Part shown: in pieces, positions 11,818 through 23,704 of the stretch
Numbering within the stretch: the first letter of the stretch is position 1
Layout: every line of letters starts with the position of its first letter
NCBI RefSeq assembly: GCF_001194135.2
Contig: NC_068986.1
Coordinates: 54,223,499-54,257,671 of the forward strand
From: Octopus bimaculoides
Taxonomy: Eukaryota
DNA length: 34,173 nucleotides
Direction of reading: 5' to 3'
Notes under the pieces: model-generated
What the model was told of the DNA's origin: nothing
The model's input: the letters and a program-made list of their open reading frames with translations, nothing else
Database searches by the model: none
Translations under genes and position numbers: made by a program

Positions 11818-11947
11818 GGAGCAGGCGTGGTTGTGTGGTAAGAAGTTTGCTTCCCAGCCATATGGTTCGATGTGTTCATCTAAAAAAAACTCTTCAAAGC
11901 GGTGCTCCAGCATGGTTACAATCAAATGACTGAAACAAGTAAAAGAA
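11818..11947 (+). mobile_element. SINE family A, internally deleted (head fused to tail)
   Basis: ggagcaggcgtggttgtgtggtaagaagtttgcttcccagccatatggttc is joined after about 30 nt to aaagcggtgctccagcatggttacaatcaaatgactgaaacaagtaaaagaa. Confidence 0.8.
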
Positions 11948-12046
<99 letters not shown>

Positions 12047-12399
12047 GAACAAAAGTGAGCTATGAGAAATAACTCAGAGTGGCCAGCGAAATGTATTTGA
12101 AGAAATTAGAGAAATACAGGTATATGAAATACCACACAACATAAATTCTTGATTTATTAAGATCTTCTCCGCTTCTAGAGAATGTATGATAATTACTAAA
12201 TGGTAATTAAGGCCAGTTCCACTTTGGAAGAGAAGATAATTTCCAGATTCAAGATAACTTTGGAAAATACTTGAATCTTAAGTTATTGCCGCATATTGTG
12301 ATCATCTTGGGCTGATACCTTTTTGATAACAATAACCCCCTGTTCTAAGCTCATTAGTAAATACGAGTTTGCAACTCTTTAATATTTCTTTTTTGCTTC

Positions 12400-13031
12400 T
12401 GATTTAGGCTCGAGGACCGCAGGTTTCAAGAGAGAATGTTAGTCAATACCAATGGCTTAAATACTAAACTGTTAATTTATTTTAACGACCGCGAGGGGAA
12501 TGGAAGACAAGGGTGACCACAGCAGGACTTGAAATCAAAAAGTAAAGAACGGTACAAATATCGCTAAGGATTTTCGACGCGCTAACGGCTCTGGAAGCTG
12601 GCTGCCCTAATACTGTTTCAGATTTTGACACAAGGCTAGAAATTTTAGCAGGTGGGAAGAGTCAATTGCATCGACCTCAATAACTGTCTGGTACTTCATT
12701 TTATCAAGCCAGAAAGGATAAAGAACAAAGTTGACCTCGGTTGTATTTGAACGTAAAGGGCCGGAAAAAATGCCGCTAAGATATTGCCCAACGTGCTATA
12801 CACGCTGCCAGATCGCTACCCTTCGCCGCTCAAATACTGATTTCAAATTTTGGCACAAAGCCAGCTATTTCAGGAGAGGGGAAAAGTCGATTACGTCGAC
12901 ACCAGTGTTCAACTGGTACTTTTTTCATCGACCCCAAGAAGATGAAAGGCAAAGTCGACCTTAGTGGAATTTGAACTCAGAACGTAAAGACGGACGAAAT
13001 GCTGCTAAGCATTTTGCCCGGCTTGCTAACG
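12400..13031 (-). mobile_element. Three head-to-tail SINE family B copies of differing divergence
   Basis: Repeating module ggcacaagg…atcgacc…actggtact…ttatcgacc…gatgaaaggcaaagtcgacct…atttgaac…gctaac at about 12400-12605, 12625-12830 and 12845-13031. Confidence 0.8.
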
Positions 13032-13333
13032 NNNNNNNNNNNNNNNNNNNNNNNNNNNNNNNNNNNNNNNNNNNNNNNNNNNNNNNNNNNNNNNNNNNNN
13101 NNNNNNNNNNNNNNNNNNNNNNNNNNNNNNNNNNNNNNNNNNNNNNNNNNNNNNNNNNNNNNNNNNNNNNNNNNNNNNNNNNNNNNNNNNNNNNNNNNNN
13201 NNNNNNNNNNNNNNNNNNNNNNNNNNNNNNNNNNNNNNNNNNNNNNNNNNNNNNNNNNNNNNNNNNNNNNNNNNNNNNNNNNNNNNNNNNNNNNNNNNNN
13301 NNNNNNNNNNNACACGCACACATGTGTACACGA

Positions 13334-13480
13334 CTCAATTTCCGTCTAACAGATTTCACTTAAAAGAAATTGGCCACCTCAAAGCTAATCTATAAATCAC
13401 TTATTGTCCATACTGCCATAGAATAGGATTGAACTTAGTTTCATGTGTTTTCTAAGAGAACTACTTTCTTAACAACACAC
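13334..13480 (-). mobile_element. SINE family A, strongly decayed
   Basis: caatttccgtctaacagatttcact…ggattgaacttagtttcatgtg…ttcttaacaacacac resembles the reverse complement of the family A head. Confidence 0.5.
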
Positions 13481-14519
13481 ACTCGTACAAATTCAAACGT
13501 ACATAAGTGCATACATATATACATACATACTTAATCCAAACGTAATACATATACACTTACGTGGATACATACATGTATGAATAATGCGTCCATATACAGA
13601 TATAAATGTGTGTGTGTGTGTGTGTGTGTGTCTGTGTGTGTGCGTGCGTGTAAGTTTACATTGTACTATGTATATGTTTGCAAGTATGAATACGCACACA
13701 TACATCCGTCCATCAATTCGTTCAACATCCAGCATTTCGTTAATTCACGCGCGTGCTCGCGCGCAAACACACACACACACACACACAAAGTATCAAACAG
13801 ATAGACACACACACAACACATATATGCTTACATAAATACATGCATGAATACATACATACGTACATACATACATGCACGCATAAACGCATACATGTCTACA
13901 TACATATGCACATACATACATACAGATACATACGCACACACACTCACACACACATGTATGCATCAATACATATATAATCACTTGGCAAGAGGAACTTACA
14001 GTGGAGTCTTGATTCTCAGTCGCGCCATTACACATTGAACCCATGAGTTCAAGTCGTATTCAGTAGCCTGGAAGGGAGAGGGCCACCTCAGGCTGAAGTG
14101 TTCTTGACCCATTATGTATGAAGACGAAACCTTCTCTGATGACACGACAATAACTTAAGGCTTTCTCGACGCTTTCACTCTTTTTGTGTATTTTTATTTT
14201 ATTTTTCATACACATTCACACATACAAACTAGCATACAGATATAAGACCGGCATACATAGATACACAAGTGCATAATACACATATACATACATACTCAGA
14301 CACACTTACACGCACATATTCTCTCCCTTTCTCTTTCTTTCTCTCTCTCTCGAACACACACGCACGCACACACATGCGCACGCACACACATGCGCACGCA
14401 CACACATGCGCACGCGCGCATACATACAGAGTAAACATTTGTGTGCAGATTGTGAATTTAATAGTTACAACAACTCCGGTATTGCGTACCCTATAAATTC
14501 ATCAGCATACATACATATT

Positions 14520-14520
14520 T

Positions 14521-14570
<50 letters not shown>

Positions 14571-14604
14571 AGCTTGTCTGTCTGGCTGTCTGTCAGTCTG
14601 TCTG

Positions 14605-14687
<83 letters not shown>

Positions 14688-14690
14688 GTA
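14520..14690. repeat. (CTAT)n / (CTGT)n compound tetranucleotide microsatellite
   Basis: Directly visible. Confidence 0.95.
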
Positions 14691-15569
14691 TGTGTGTGTA
14701 TATATGTACTATGTATGTATATATGGGTGTACATCTGTTTATATGTATATATACATATATACACCCATTAAGGCTTTCAGACTTTCAAGTAATCCAAGTT
14801 AGAATATGCGGCTTTCGTACATCTAATAGCACAAAAGCCGCGATTAACACGAAAAGACTTCAAGCGGGTATCGAAATCAAGTCGCAGGCACGAACTACCT
14901 CGCTGTCCTTCACTGAATATACATATTCAATGACCATTTTGAGCAGCGGGTGCCAAAATTGGTGAAGCGTCTAACAAAATGTAATTCTATATTGAGTTAC
15001 ATCCCTTTATGTTCTGTTACTTCACTTCGTGCTCTATAATCGAATCCTACCAAGAATATCTTTGCCTTTCAGTGATAGATGAAATAAAAAATGAATCAAT
15101 ACTGGCGTGCATATATATATCCAGCTATACTCGCAAAGTTTTAACCTTGTGGTGGGAGGGAAATTATGATTTCGGGATAGAAATTCCAGGATTCCAGAAT
15201 GAAATTTAGAAATTCCAGTGAAAAAAAAATGTTTTTAGGTTTGAAAAATTCTTTATCCTTATTTGCACTGATTTTGATAGATTTATTTTCTTTAATGTTG
15301 ATCTTTAAATACGCACACGTTAAATTAATATAAGGCTTTTAATGTCCTATAATGTATTGTATGGTATAGAAAATAACTTTTTTCTTAATACATGTGAGGA
15401 AAATCGGCATGGTGAACTGGTAAAGGTTAGAAATACAGAAAAAGAAAATTTATGATACAATGGAGCATAACTACAACCTCGATTTGTGGTCTTGTGATTT
15501 CTTTTAAGTATAGAGAAACATCCTATTAATGAGAAATGTCCTACATTTGATTCGGCCAAACGCCTTAAA

Positions 15570-16794
15570 TATCAGGTCATCCCGTAAGTAATGTCCTGAT
15601 TTTAAATAAAGAAAACAAGTGATCAAATCTTACATTTAATGAAATTTTAGTGACATTTTTCCATCTATTCGTAAATTATTTGATACCATTGCTGATAAAC
15701 TCTTTCGGTTTCGAAGAAAACTTTGAAAGGTCAGTTTCGACTTCCTCAGTTGTCTCGAGAGTTAATCCAACCAAATGATTCTGTAAACTATAGAACAAAT
15801 GGTAATCTGAAGGAGCAAGATCTTGGGGATAAGGCGGATGAGCAATTTTCTCCCAGCCAAGTTCTTCAACCTTCTGTGACGTAATATTTGCAGTGTGGGG
15901 TCTTGCATTGTTCTGAAAAACACCACTCCCTTTCGATTCATTAAAGCAGGCCTTTTTTCTTCAAAGCAGCGTTCAAACGCTCTAATTGCTGACAGTTGAT
16001 TTGAGCATTGATTGTTGCATTAGTTGGTAGCAACACAAAGTGGATGCCTCCTTTGGAATCCCACCAAACAGAGAGAAGAGCCTTTTTAGTATGGAGTTCA
16101 CTTTACGGTTGTTGTTGGACCTTTTCCCCTTCATCAATGTCTACGATGCTTAACGTTTTGATAAAAGACCTATTTTTCATCACCGGTCAGCAGTCTGTCC
16201 AAAAAGGGCGAAATGAGTTCACGAGAACGAAGAGAAGAGCAGATGTCCACTCGGGATTTGCGGTTGGCTTCAGACAACCATGAGGCACTCATTTTGCGAG
16301 TTTTGGGACCTTTCCAAGCTGTTAATGATAGCGGTGAACAGTTGAATGGCTTGAACGAAGCTCGCTTGCCAATTCTTCAACTGAAACTGCATGATCTGCT
16401 TTAAGTTCTGCCAAAAGGAGCTTGTCATCAAACTCAATTGGACATCTACTTCGGGCTTCATCTTTGAGGCTGAAATCTACACTTCTGAATTCTACAAAGC
16501 ATCTTCTGGAAGTTCTTTCATTCAGGCACTCTGCTCCATAAGCTGAGTGAATATTTTGAGTCGCTTAAGCTGCACAGTCCTCTTTTTTAAACCCATAAAG
16601 CATTATACGCTTTAAATCCGCCTTAAACACTTCCATGTTCAATTAGATTATCCTGCAAAATGAAATTTAATTAGCTTAGATATGTCCAAATACATATAAG
16701 TATTACTTGACGCCATTAGACATTCTAAACTACTGTTCAAGCGTTTACAGTTTGAAAATATAGAAGTCCGAACATTACTTACGGGATGATACAT
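15570..16794 (-). mobile_element. Full-length (about 1.22 kb) decayed mariner DNA transposon
   Basis: TIR core tcatcccgtaagtaatgt (15577-15594) is inverted at about 16772-16789. Left end is flanked by TA; the outermost bases of the right end have diverged. Confidence 0.93.
15640..16636 (-). pseudogene. Mariner (DD34D-type) transposase pseudogene with stops and frameshifts
   Basis: Manual translation: MEVFKADLKRIMLYGF…LGKVPKLAK*VPH…FLDRLLTGDEK*VFY…LLSVWWDSKG…NNARPHTA…ELGWEKIAHPPYPQDLAPSDYHLFYSLQNHL. These match the WVPHEL, TGDE, HDNARPH and YSPDLAPSD mariner motifs. Confidence 0.92.
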
Positions 16795-17319
16795 TTTAGA
16801 AGAGATAAAATGACCGAGTCATGTATTTATTTTTCGAATTCATAACCGAAATCAATGAAGTGAATCTAACCGAGATTTCAAATCAGATTATAGTGCCGGA
16901 TGAATCGGAATTTCTTCTAATTCCTTTCGAGTAGGTGTCCAGACTTGTTCAAGTGGTTATGGTCAAGCAACTGACAAGCAAATCAGTGGTGTTCAGCAGA
17001 ATATTTGCTATAACAATATTTCTGCTTCAACAACACAGCGCTGAATCTGTCTGAAAACGTAATGAAAAATAGGTCAGTTTCAAAACATTGATGTCCAGAT
17101 CACAAAAGCAAAGTTTGAAGAGAATAGTAGTCATTTCCTTTGATTTCTAGATAGAAGCAAATAGGAAATAACACTTACTGGACAAAAAACAGGAAGAAAA
17201 TTAACATTCTGTTACAGTGTTATATGCTTACAGCACAACACAGAGGGAACAGAAGAGTTTCGGCAAGCCAACCCCTGGACTCCTGGTAGAGAACTGATCA
17301 TAAGCAAAAGATCGCAAAT

Positions 17320-17510
17320 CTTGAGGAGCGGTTAGTCGATTAAATCAACCTTAGTTTTTTACTGGTAATTTATTTCATCGATCCAAAAGGATGAAAAGCA
17401 AAGTAAACGTTGGTAGTATTCGAAAATAAACAGTAACGATTCTGTACATTTAATGGCATTTTGTCTGTCGACCTAACAAATTCTGTTCACCCACCACCCT
17501 TGCTTGGCGA
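17320..17510 (-). mobile_element. SINE family B, decayed
   Basis: gtcgattaaatcaacc…tactggtaatttatttcatcgatccaaaaggatgaaaagcaaagt. Confidence 0.65.
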
Positions 17511-17879
17511 AAATAATGAAATTATATTTTTAAAAATGTGAACTATGCAAATTAAAATTCTTAATTTAATTCTTGTTATTTCTGCTTTATTTATTGAATA
17601 AAGAACTAATTAATTTCCTGAAGTTAAATTATTTATATTTAGGGGTTATATAAATATACAAATAATTTTTCTATATACTTTGTTTTTGAAAACTTTATGC
17701 ATTAAGTGTACCAAAATCTATTAGCTTTGAAGTGTGCCGCGAATGAAAATATCCAGTGGTTTAAACCGTGGTCCGACTTTTTATGACGCATTAACTGAAA
17801 GAGTAACATGTCACTCTCTCTGTTTTCTCTCTCTCTCTCTCTCTCTTACACACACACACTTATGTATAAATATACTCTT

Positions 17880-18107
17880 TCTCTTGTTTCATTCAGTGGA
17901 CTGAGGCCATGCTGGGATACCGCACGTGAAAGGTTTAGTGGATTAAATCGACACTAGTACTGATTTTTAAAAACCTAGTAATTATTCTATAAATTTCTTT
18001 TACCGATATGCTAATAACGAAGACGTAAGTAAACCAACATCGGTTGTGAGGCGAGGAACAAAGTGGTTGCAGAGTGAACTTCTTAGCCACACAAGTATGT
18101 TTGCGCC
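17880..18107 (-). mobile_element. SINE family A, decayed tail plus head remnant
   Basis: cttgtttcattcagtggactgaggccatgctgg… is the reverse complement of the tail at 11900-11947; aaaccaacatcggttgt matches the 6710-6722 tail motif. Confidence 0.6.
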
Positions 18108-18171
18108 CCATATAGGTTAAAAACCGGTTCTTTCTCTACTGGCACGAAATCTTGAAATAAACTGAATAATC

Positions 18172-18593
18172 TTTTCTACTCTAGGCACAAGGCCCAAAAT
18201 TTTAGGGGAGGGGCCAGTCGATTACATCGACGCAACTGGTACTTAATTTAGGGACCCCGAAAGGGTGAAAGGCAAAGTTGACCTCTACCTAATTTGAACT
18301 CAGAGCGTAAAGACAAACGAAATACCGCTAAGCATTTCGCCCGGCGTGCTAACGTTTCTAATTTCTTTATTGCCCACAAGGGGCTAAACATAGAGGGGAC
18401 AAACAAGGACAGACAAATGGATCAAGTCAATTACATCGTCTCCAGTGCATAACTGGTACTTAATTTATCGACCCCCGTAAGGATGAAAGGCAAAGTCGAC
18501 CTCGGTGGAATTTGAAATCAGAACGTAAAGACAGACGAAATACCGCTAAGCATTTCGCCCGGCGTGCTAACGTTTCTGCCAGCTCGCCGCCTT
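18172..18593 (-). mobile_element. Two abutting young SINE family B copies with different 3' tails
   Basis: Full head ggcggcgagctggcagaaacgttagc…ttcaaattcc (A/B-box-like) ends at about 18591. The 42-nt segments 18318-18359 and 18536-18577 are identical. The tails differ. Confidence 0.9.
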
Positions 18594-18959
18594 GACATAA
18601 ACTTAATAATGACATACATATACTACGGCCGTCCTCCGATAAAACACAATAGGTCAACTTACTATTTTGTCAGAGAATGGATACTTGAATTCATTGAACC
18701 ATTTCCCATAGATACCAGAGATATGACCTTAGAAATTTTTCAACTTTTTATCATACAGTAACATAAGACACACTAAAATGAAAAAAATTAGGATAATTTC
18801 TTTCTTTTTTTTTTCTATTTCTTTCTTTGCAATTGTCTCAGTTTCACAGTTTTTTAATTTAGAATGTTTTATCAGAGGAGGATATACATTGTGAACGCGC
18901 AGGTGACAGTGCAGATAGCAAGGAGCTAACTAGTCCAGTGTGTGTGTATGTGAGTACGT

Positions 18960-19110
18960 AAGACCCCCTTCAAATTTTGAGAGAGGAGTCGATTTAAGTA
19001 ATCTTCCATCCACCCTAGTTTTTGGTAGGTATTTTATTTTAGTGACCCCAGAGTGATGAAAAGTGAAAGTAACCCAAGCAGGATTTGAACCCAGAATATA
19101 ACGACATGTA
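18960..19110 (-). mobile_element. SINE family B, strongly decayed
   Basis: gagtcgattt…tggtagg…gacccca gagtgatgaaaagtgaaagt…ggatttgaacccagaa. Confidence 0.5.
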
Positions 19111-19441
19111 ACTAATTACTGTTTTTTTTTATATTAGTACAATGCCAGAAATCTATAGGATTTACACGAGATTGAACTGACTCTAGCACTTGGCTGGTCC
19201 TTTGATTTTTTTACTCTACATGTTCAGGCAACCAGCTAGAAAGAGCAGTCAAATCTCCCTCAGCTTATATGAAAAAAAAGGCAATATTGAATAATGTAGT
19301 TTTTAGATCCTTGCACGAGACGAGATGGAAACGCTTGGAATGTTTTTGACACTGGATCAACTAGATGAGGTTAGGACTGACTTGCAAGTAAACAACGACG
19401 ATGACGATGACAACAACAACAACAATAGCAGTAGCAATATA

Positions 19442-19523
<82 letters not shown>

Positions 19524-20239
19524 AACACCCGACCAATCAGCAACTTCGATTTTATATTTACGTTTTGCTCTTTGATTTAATATTTATTAAATTGTTGCTG
19601 TTTTTTTTCTTTCGAATTATTCGCATCATCACCACTACCACTACCACTACCACCACCACCACCACCACCACTTTCTCTTTAGATTTTTATGATATATATG
19701 TTTTTTTTTTAATATCCACTAATTAATGTGCAAATATATAATTTTCCTCATCCGTGTGTGCCTTTATAACTAACTTTACCTGTGCTGCGCTTTAATTACT
19801 GACTTTAACAAACAATCACCATTTACGAATAATTTTGTTAAGAGTGTTTTCAATTTTTTTAATTAAGTTTCCATGTTTAAGTCTATATACATATATATTT
19901 ATTTTTTTGTTGAAAAATTGATTGATTTCAAATAATTGGCTCTATTCCTTGATTCTTTTATGTGTTAGATAATATATTATATTATAATATTAACTCCTAA
20001 TTAAAATACTTATACTAATTTAAGTAATAATAGCCAACAGCTATGAAACAAAAAAGCTATACGGAAAACATATATACAAAAAGAAAGGAAATAATTTTCT
20101 TTATATAATTATATTTACGCCTAGGTATGAGAGTGTTTGTCAATGTATGTGTGTTGTGTATACGTGTTGTGTATGCGTGTGCGCGCGCACACAGACACAC
20201 ACATAGATACATACATACATACATGCATATATGTATGTG

Positions 20240-20283
<44 letters not shown>

Positions 20284-20542
20284 TACATACACACACATGT
20301 ATATGTATGCGTGTATATGTATATATGTGTGTGTGTGTGTGTATGTGTGTCCGTGTCCGTGTGTGTGTGTACTTATATGTATGTGCTGGCGTAACTGATT
20401 GTTTAAGAAGGTCGTTTTGCAGTAATCAGATTGTGCGTTCAATCTCACAGCAGAGTCCCTGGGGCAATTGTGTTCTAAAATAGCTTCAAATCGCCTTAAA
20501 CCTCTAACTGAGATTAAAATTAACATGTTTGTATGATTCAGA

Positions 20543-20715
20543 CGTTCATTTCGTAACTACCTGGTTTCGTATTCGATCACGCAGAGTCACACCTTGGACA
20601 AGTGTTTTATACTGTAGACAAGAGTTGATTAACACCTTGTGAAATAAAATTTGGTGTGTATCATGTAATGGGACTGAACCGGGAACCATATGGTCGGCAA
20701 AGACACACCTGTGCC
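20543..20715. mobile_element. Two family A head fragments in opposite orientation
   Basis: + fragment …cacaccttggacaagtgttttatactgtag…ccttgtga, then - fragment aatgggactgaaccgggaaccatatggtcgg. Confidence 0.6.
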
Positions 20716-20811
20716 AAATAATTTAATTATTACATATATAATACATATATAATACAAAAACATTCTGCAAACTGTGATAGTCAATATAATAAAAATAAAA
20801 TTTATTCTTTC

Positions 20812-20878
20812 TGTGTGGCCTGGTACCAAATGATCCACGACCCGGTACTGGTCTCCGGTCCAGGGTTGCAGAACACTG
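20812..20878. mobile_element. Possible hAT-type non-autonomous element terminus
   Basis: ggcctggtaccaaatgatccacgacccggtactggtctccggtccagggttgcagaacactg resembles hAT/Charlie MITE ends (…ggttggggaccactg). Partner end not found. Confidence 0.4.
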
Positions 20879-21701
20879 TTCTAAGTTTTTTTTTTGTGTG
20901 TGTGTGTGTTTGAAAATACGCCACTGTACTCGTTGCATCATTTAACACCACGGTTCAGCTCTTGGATGTCTTTAGCGCAGTCCATTCTACTACAAGTCGC
21001 CCATTCTATCACAGATAAATTTTCTTCCCTTAAAAGAATAGCATCTTCATATACTTCTACCTACTTCTGCAGCTCATGACTCTTGGTTTTTGGTGTCTGG
21101 TGTTTGGTTTCTTCTTTTTGTCAACCAGTCTTGGAGGTTTTTCTCAAAGCCGTGGCTGCTGCCCCACTCCTCTATTTGAGATGAATATTCGTGTGTAGGT
21201 TTAACGTTCTCGGCAGGGTAGCAGAAAGAGATCTTAGCTAACTCCCTGTAATAGACTGGAATACAATGATGACACTCAAGGGCTGAGCTGTGGTGTTGAA
21301 TCAGACAACGGGTTAAGTCCACCACCTAACAACAAGCATATTATATCCAACGTGGTAGATATACTGTATACATATGCAAAGAAGTAACTTAGAGCATTTT
21401 ATTTCGACCGTACTATGTTTCGCGATAAAATAGCACGGAACGGGCTTTTTTATGAATGAAGTCGATAAAAGAACTTCTAGTTGAGTGAATTTAATAAACT
21501 ATTATATTCCTCTACAAATTTTGTTGGCCTTATGTCGATATGATCGTTCATACAATACGTAATTTTTTTCATGAGAAGCGGATCCAAAAGTGGGATAGTT
21601 GTCCAGCTGGAAAGCGAGGTTAGATCATTTGTAGTTTCCTCTTTTTCCTTCTCTTTCCTATCAGTTCAGCATAACTGAGTGTTATCTAATCTTGCCTTTA
21701 G

Positions 21702-21840
21702 GGTTATTGACGTACTTCAGATCTCATACAACAAGGACGTGTTGACCCAGTGTGATTTCTCCATTTATCTCTGCAAAGAGGAGACCACCCAAAAATCACA
21801 TCGTTGTATCAGAAACACAAATCCTGTCAAACCCTTCTAA
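21702..21840 (+). CDS. Candidate terminal exon (phase 2), stop overlapping AATAAA
   Basis: Branch-like CTAAT, pyrimidine tract cttgccttt and AG at 21700-21701. Only the phase-2 frame is open: VIDVLQISYNKDVLTQCDFSIYLCKEETTQKSHRCIRNTNPVKPF*. AATAAA at 21839-21844, A12 at 21849-21860. Confidence 0.25.
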
Positions 21841-23482
21841 TAAAATGTAAAAAAAAAAAACAAAAATCAATTCAAGATTAAAATCATGAAGTCTTTTCTA
21901 TGAATCCATAAAAGAAAGTTTCAACATTAAAGAAATCGACAGATGAATGGTGGGAGCACTTCCAAGTGGTAGGCACCTGGTTAAAGACCCCATTGAACTA
22001 CTATTTCGCTTTTATTGTCTTTTCATAAAGCGTTGGACATGTGTAGATAGGCTGAGGTAGGCTGGACCACTTCAGAGCTGTGCCTAACTTGTGTCGATGG
22101 GGGTATCGGGATTTCTATATGGCCAATATGTCAGGTCACCTCACAAAACACAGATGGCTTCGTGTTGCACTGCCTAGTCACTTCGATCCCAGATTTATGA
22201 AACAATTCATGAAACTGCAATTCAAATATAAGTTTACTGATGTGACAAACGCCATACAAAACAATAATGAAAATTCCTCACGTTCCTATATGGCTACAGA
22301 TTTGTAGTCCAAGGGCTGTCCGAGTAGACTGGATTAACATCAGTACCACCTCTGTTGCTTTGAATTTGTCTGATACTAATATATAATAGAATCGTCCGTT
22401 GAGATTCGTCAAGTGTATGACAACTATTTATTTTATATAGCAATATGTAAACAATAGCGTCGTCGTTGCTGCAGGTTTTTTAAGAGGCCATTTACTGGTT
22501 TATTACATTTCTGACAAGTCGGTCCCGCTGATTATTAACAGTATGTAGATGTTTATATCCTTCGGCAAAAGAAAGTATAAACAGGTTAATAACATGAGTA
22601 TCAGACCTAATAATAATTTCTGAGGAAAGATTTATACAACTGAAAAAAAAAAAAAATGGAGCTGAAAAATAAAACTAACTACGACTACAGTAAGGAAATG
22701 AATAATAGGTTTATCTTAGAGAAATACAAATCCAGAAATTCTGGAACACTAGACTAGCACTTATATTGATCAGAAAAGTTCTCAGATACCGTCGACCCAT
22801 GAAGAATTTTTTAATAAGCTTGCTGGATATTTGTGACATCCATGCCTGAAAAGATAAGGAAATTCTATATGTCATTGACAGTGAGATACAACTGCAATGT
22901 CACTACCGGGTCTCTGTCACTGAGGATACCGGACAGGTCGAAATCACGTAATCTTGTAGTTACGCCGCCTGTAGCAGATGATCCTCGTCTACCAGCGATA
23001 TAATTATGAGGTCCTCTCAAAGTGAATAACGCAGTTATTGTCTTTTGGAATGTTTATGATAAAGCTTTTTGTTTTACAACAGTAAACAGAGTTTGCCATT
23101 TGCTTTTGATGGAGATTGTGTCCCTGTTTGTCTTCAATTCTTAATTCAAGCTATCGTGCCATTCAGCTTAGTGTTTATTCACGGCAATTTTCTATGTACA
23201 TGACGAGACGTCTTTGTCACTACTGGTAAAGTTTGGATTTCGCTGAGGAGATCTGATAAGACCGAAATATATGCAGAGTTGTCTCCCTATTTCCAAAATT
23301 AGACTCACTCTTGACAACATTTTCACTATTCTATTTTTAATTCATTTTAATAAATTCATATTTCTGAGTTGTCTCCCCTGCTTTTCTCTCGGAGTTTATA
23401 AATACCCACTGATTTTGATCTGTTTAGCATGTAATACTAACTTTACCATTTTGTTATACTGAAGAGCATACTTCTGTGTATC

Positions 23483-23539
23483 TTCAGCTAATAATATAAG
23501 TCTTGACAACGGTTCAGCTAATAATATGTCTTGACAACG
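23483..23539. repeat. Tandem duplication of about 28 bp
   Basis: ttcagctaataatataagtcttgacaacg followed by ttcagctaataatatgtcttgacaacg. Confidence 0.85.
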
Positions 23540-23704
23540 CAGATCTACCTCAAAATAATCTGAGGTATATAAAATTCCTTGGTTTCTTTTGGACCGAAAC
23601 GCAAATATAATTGTTTTTCTATTGTTGATTTCAGACATTGGACTACGATCATGTTAGAGCACCACCTTCGACGGTTTCAGTCAAATGAAAGTATTCATAA
23701 TGAT

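Noticed and set aside
14125-14150. gaaac…ctgatga as a permuted hammerhead
   Set aside because: Only 6 nt separate the motifs, too few for stems III and I.
18500-18593. tRNA gene
   Set aside because: The A/B-box-like head continues into SINE body sequence and recurs in many diverged copies; I could not fold it into a cloverleaf.
21074-21325. 83-aa - strand ORF with a ttgttgttAG acceptor
   Set aside because: No recognisable motif and no partner exon; could be old repeat debris.
22735-23060. - strand acceptor tttccttatcttttcAG near 22845 and a 62-codon open stretch upstream
   Set aside because: Donors are weak, frames are inconsistent and no protein similarity was recognised.
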